This document shows, piece after piece, positions 59,936-64,000 of a DNA stretch of 64,000 nt (its first letter is position 1; each line of letters opens with the position of its first letter). The position numbers and the translations under genes are program-made. The notes below the pieces were generated by a model, which saw only the letters and a list, made by a program, of their open reading frames with translations, made no database searches and was not told the DNA's origin. The DNA comes from Scyliorhinus canicula. Taxonomy: Eukaryota. The stretch is from contig NW_024055820.1 in NCBI RefSeq assembly GCF_902713615.1, positions 248,001 to 312,000 on the forward strand, written 5' to 3'.

Positions 59936-62029
59936 TGGGCGATCGTGTACCAGAGGATACAGATTGAAGGGAATTGGGAAAAGAATCATGGGGACATGAG
60001 AGAAGCGTTTTCACCCAGTGAGTGGTGAGGATGTGGACTGGACTGTTTGATTGTGTGGTGGTGGCCGGGTCAATTGATGCTGACAAATGTTCAACCTAAC
60101 TCATTGAGGCCCTGTATTCAAATCTTACCGAGCTGACAGTGGGATTGAATGTAAATAAAATGACCCAATAAGTTAATCAGTTCATGGGGTTAGAGAAGGT
60201 CACCAAATGTTGGCCTTTCCATTGAGGCCCACACCCCATGAAATAATTATTAAAAAATCAGAAACCGCCATAGCAAAGTTTGGCCAGTTGATGGCAGTGC
60301 AACCATGATTGCTGACATTACACCAAGCAGAAATTGTTACTGCAACGGACCCTCTGTGTTCATATTAAATTAGACTCTGTCTCTGTCTATATGAGACAAG
60401 GTCATGTTGCTGATTTTATGACAGCAGATGTCGGTTGTTTCTGTACTCGGTTAAATCCAAGTTTTTGATATTCTGAAGCAAGGCCCTCTTCTTATAACAA
60501 TGGAAACTCTGGACGTTACAACTGCACTGAATCATATCACGGCTAATGTTATAAAAATCCATGTCTCAGTTGTTACTTCGTTAGACACAGCTTTAATTGA
60601 TACAAAACCAAAATATACACCTGTTTGTGTTACACGAGGCTCTGTCTCAGTTATTACGTTATGCGAACCAGCCACGTTCCTTAGTGTAGTGTCCTAAGTC
60701 CAACTATCTTCAGCTGCTCAACAATGACCTTCCTTGCATCATAGGGTCACAGGTGGGGATTTTCGCTGATGAATGCACAATGTTCATCACCATTCTAAAC
60801 TCCTCAGCCGTCCATGTTCCAAGAGAGCAACACCCGGGCAATATCCAGGCCAGTCTGATAAGTAACAAGTTACATTCGCGCCAACCAAGTGCCAGGCAAC
60901 AACTATCTCCAACAAGAGAGGATCCAATTATTGCCCCATGAGATACGCTGACATTGCCATCGTTGAAACACCACTATCAACATCCTGGGCGTTACCATTG
61001 ACCAGGAACCGAACTGGACTAGCCATATAAATACTAGAGCTACCAGATCAGATCAAATGGAAGGAATCCTCACTACAAGGTAAGGGGTATGATTGAATCC
61101 TCTCCACTTGCCTTGATGCGTGAAGCTGAAACGGCACTCAAGAAGATTGACACCGTCCAGGACAAAACAGGGCTTGTTTGGCAACCCTTCCACAAACTTC
61201 CAATTCCTCAACCACCGACGAACACAGGCAGCAGGGTGTACCATTTAGAAGATGCACTGTAGCAACTCTCGAAGGATTCCTAGGCAGCACCTTTAAATCC
61301 CACGACTTCTACCATCAAGAGGGACTAGAGCAACAGATACATGGAATCCACTAACTGGAAATTTCCCGCCACATCGCTCTCTACCATGCCTTGGAAATAT
61401 ATCGTTATCCCTTCACTGCTTATATTCCTGTAGCACCTATCTCAGTTTATATGACATTAGAACCTGTCCCAATTTATATTATATTAGCAATGTCTCTGTT
61501 TATAATAGAACAGATTTTGTCTTTGTTATTACTACGTACATCATGTCTTTGTTTATAGTCCAAAAACCACACTGATTATTAATACACAAGAGTCTCTCTC
61601 AATAATGACTTAACTGGGCCCAGTCTCCGTTCACATTGTTATTGTGACCGATTATTCCCGTTGACAGGAAGAATTCAAACACCCGCAGCTTGAGAGTAAT
61701 ATAAACCGATATATGGACTATTTAGGCATAAGAGAGACAGGACCTGAGGTAACATTGGAAAGACATGTTTTTGTGTGATCATAATCGTAGAAAGACATGT
61801 AAATGAATAACCGAAAACATCAAAAATGACAATATGGGAAACAAACTCTTACTCAGAACCTACAGGGATGCGTTTCCCTGAACGAATAATAGAGAATCAG
61901 AGCATTAAAATTGGAATGGTAGGCAGGCTATTTGTACAGATTTTACCGAGGCAGTATGCTTGTCCACTCTTATTCTATATGATGCAATGAAAATAGCAAA
62001 GTCATTGCTTACTTTGAGAGGAAAAATGT

Positions 62030-62345
62030 ACAGCAGCGCTGTAGTACAGTGGTTAGCACAGCTGCTTCACAGCTCCAGGGTCCCAGCTTCGATTCCCGGC
62101 TTGGGGCACTGTCTATGCGGAGTCTGCACGTTCTCCCCGTATCTGCATGGGTTTCCTCCCAAAGTCCAAAGATGTGCATATTAGGTGGATTGGCCATGAT
62201 AAAATTGTCCTTAGTGTCCAAAAAAGGTTATTTGGGGTAACTGTGTTACGGGGATAGGGTGGAGGCGTGGCTTTAAGTATGGTGCTCTTTCCAAGAGCGG
62301 GTGCAGACACGATGGGCTGAATGGCCTCTTCTGCACTGTAAATTT
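62030..62345 (+). mobile_element. HE1-like SINE
   Basis: Same family as the other copies. Confidence 0.8.
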
Positions 62346-63597
62346 ATTTTATGATGATAATGATAACAGTTGCAATCTGCAGTTGCATCACTGAACACAT
62401 CTCTGGATCGAGTCACATGAGGACACTGTGAGTATCTGGTGCAGCCAATTAACGTTGGGTCTGAAATCATCGTGAGTGAGAGAGAAGTCAGCGTTTAATG
62501 TTGTAATAGAAAAAGCTAATGCTTAATTTGACTCAAGCACCGTTGCACTGTGAATTGGATGAAGTTTGTGTCAGGCAGATAAAATTGCTGAAATTTCTCT
62601 GTATGTCAGGCAGAATCTGAGGAGAGAAACGGAGTTCAGTTTCATGTCACTGACAGGTCATCAGCACCAGGTTCATTGCCCTGAAACTAACTGTATTTGT
62701 CCCTGAAAATGCGACCCGCCAGAGTAACACTTCTGTTTCTGAGCTGTTTGACTTGGGTTCAAATTCCACCCCAGGATTTGTTGACCATTGAAGGAGTGTT
62801 TGTACAACTGAAACAGAATATTTATCAGCCTCCAAAATGCTTCATCATCTCCGCACCTTCCTGTGAGACTGGGAATAATGTGAATGGACAAAAAACAAAC
62901 AGATTTTCCATCCGCTTTTTGACCTTTGGGTCTTTCCAGCAGCTTCCGTGGTTATTGTAGATTTCTAGTCTATGTGGGTGGTGCATTCCCTTTGCATTAA
63001 TGTAATGGGAACTGCGAACAGGTCTTGTCGGCATCGATTCATTGGTGGTACGCTTATGCCCTCAGTCAGAAAGTTGTGGGTGCAAGTTCCAGTCCGGAGC
63101 CGCGACACAAAATATAGATCAATTCCTAACATGATAGCTTAGATTAAAATCCTTGGTGTCCATTATCCATTATTTCAGAAACTCAGATAGAGGGAGTAAA
63201 GGAGATAAAAAAATCTGGCCAGTCACTCCATTCAGCGGAACACGGGTTACTGAAATGAAATGAAATGAAAATCGCTTATTGTCACGAGTAGGCTTCAAAT
63301 GAAGTTACTGTGAAAAGCCCCTAGTCGCCACATTCCGGCGCCTGTTCGGGGAGGCTGTTACGGGAATCGAAACGTGCTGCTGGCCTGCTTTGGTCTGCTT
63401 TCAAAGCCAGCGATTTAGCCCTGTGCTAAACTGGCACATCATTGATGCTTTGAGCTCTCCCCCCCCCCCCCCCCCAATATACTCACCGCCCCCCACCTCC
63501 CTCACACACACATACACTCACACACACACGCACACCTCACCGCTTCTTCTGAGAAAACAAACAGCTTTTCGCCTTGGATTTGCGAAGTGGATTGCAA

Positions 63598-63915
63598 CTG
63601 CCGGGCCCGGGGTCAGACTGGGGCCTGGTATAATAATAATAATCACAGAGATTAATAATCCAGTGTATCAATAACAGAGATGCCGGGCCTTGTGTCAGAC
63701 TGGGGTCTGGTATAATAAGAATCACAGAGACCGGCTCCAGTCTATCAATAACAGAGACTGCCGGGCCCGGGGTCAGACTGGGGTCAGGTATAATAATGAT
63801 CACAGAGACCGGCTCCAGTGTATCAATAACAGAGAGTGCGCGCCGGGGTCAGACTGGGATCTGGTATAATAATAATCACAGAGACCGGCTCCAGTGTATC
63901 AATAACAGAGACTGG
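63598..63915. repeat. ~78-bp minisatellite, ~4 copies
   Basis: CTGCCGGGCCCGGGGTCAGACTGGGG..GGTATAATAAT..CACAGAGACCGGCTCCAGTGTATCAATAACAGAGA; periods 82, 78, 78. Confidence 0.9.
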
Positions 63916-64000
63916 TGATAACCTTCGGTGAAGGGAGGCAGGGGATCTCTTGAGCAGCTGATTTTAAGAGGAAGTGAAACTATAAGAAAGCAATGATGCT

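Overview
Eukaryotic (cartilaginous-fish) genomic DNA, probably a catshark-type shark judging by its HE1-like SINEs and CR1/Penelope repeats. The window lies inside a T-cell receptor alpha/delta-type V-segment array. It holds four intact-looking V genes, each with a leader exon, a V exon and a 23-type RSS (three on the - strand, one on the + strand). It also holds one clear V pseudogene, several V relics and the promoter/start of another V gene at the left edge; no D, J or C segments were seen. Interleaved are: (i) a ~2.4-kb tandem array carrying tRNA-Val(CAC) and an unusual intron-containing tRNA-Pro(TGG); (ii) an intact two-exon GPR139-like orphan GPCR; (iii) a 9.9-kb full-length LTR provirus inserted into a CR1 LINE ORF1; (iv) a Buster-type hAT derivative with a perfect 8-bp TSD; (v) a Penelope-like element plus pLTR arrays with minimal hammerhead motifs; (vi) a 25-bp satellite with higher-order structure; and (vii) many SINE/LINE fragments. 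The provirus is the strongest candidate for an undescribed system. It has retrovirus-style pol (protease-RT-degenerate RNase H tether-second RNase H-integrase), gag-pol joined by a UGA-CGG readthrough-type stop, and no canonical env, but a 113-aa signal-peptide/TM protein and an orphan terminal exon in the env position. All coordinates, translations and counts were done by eye; no database searches were run.
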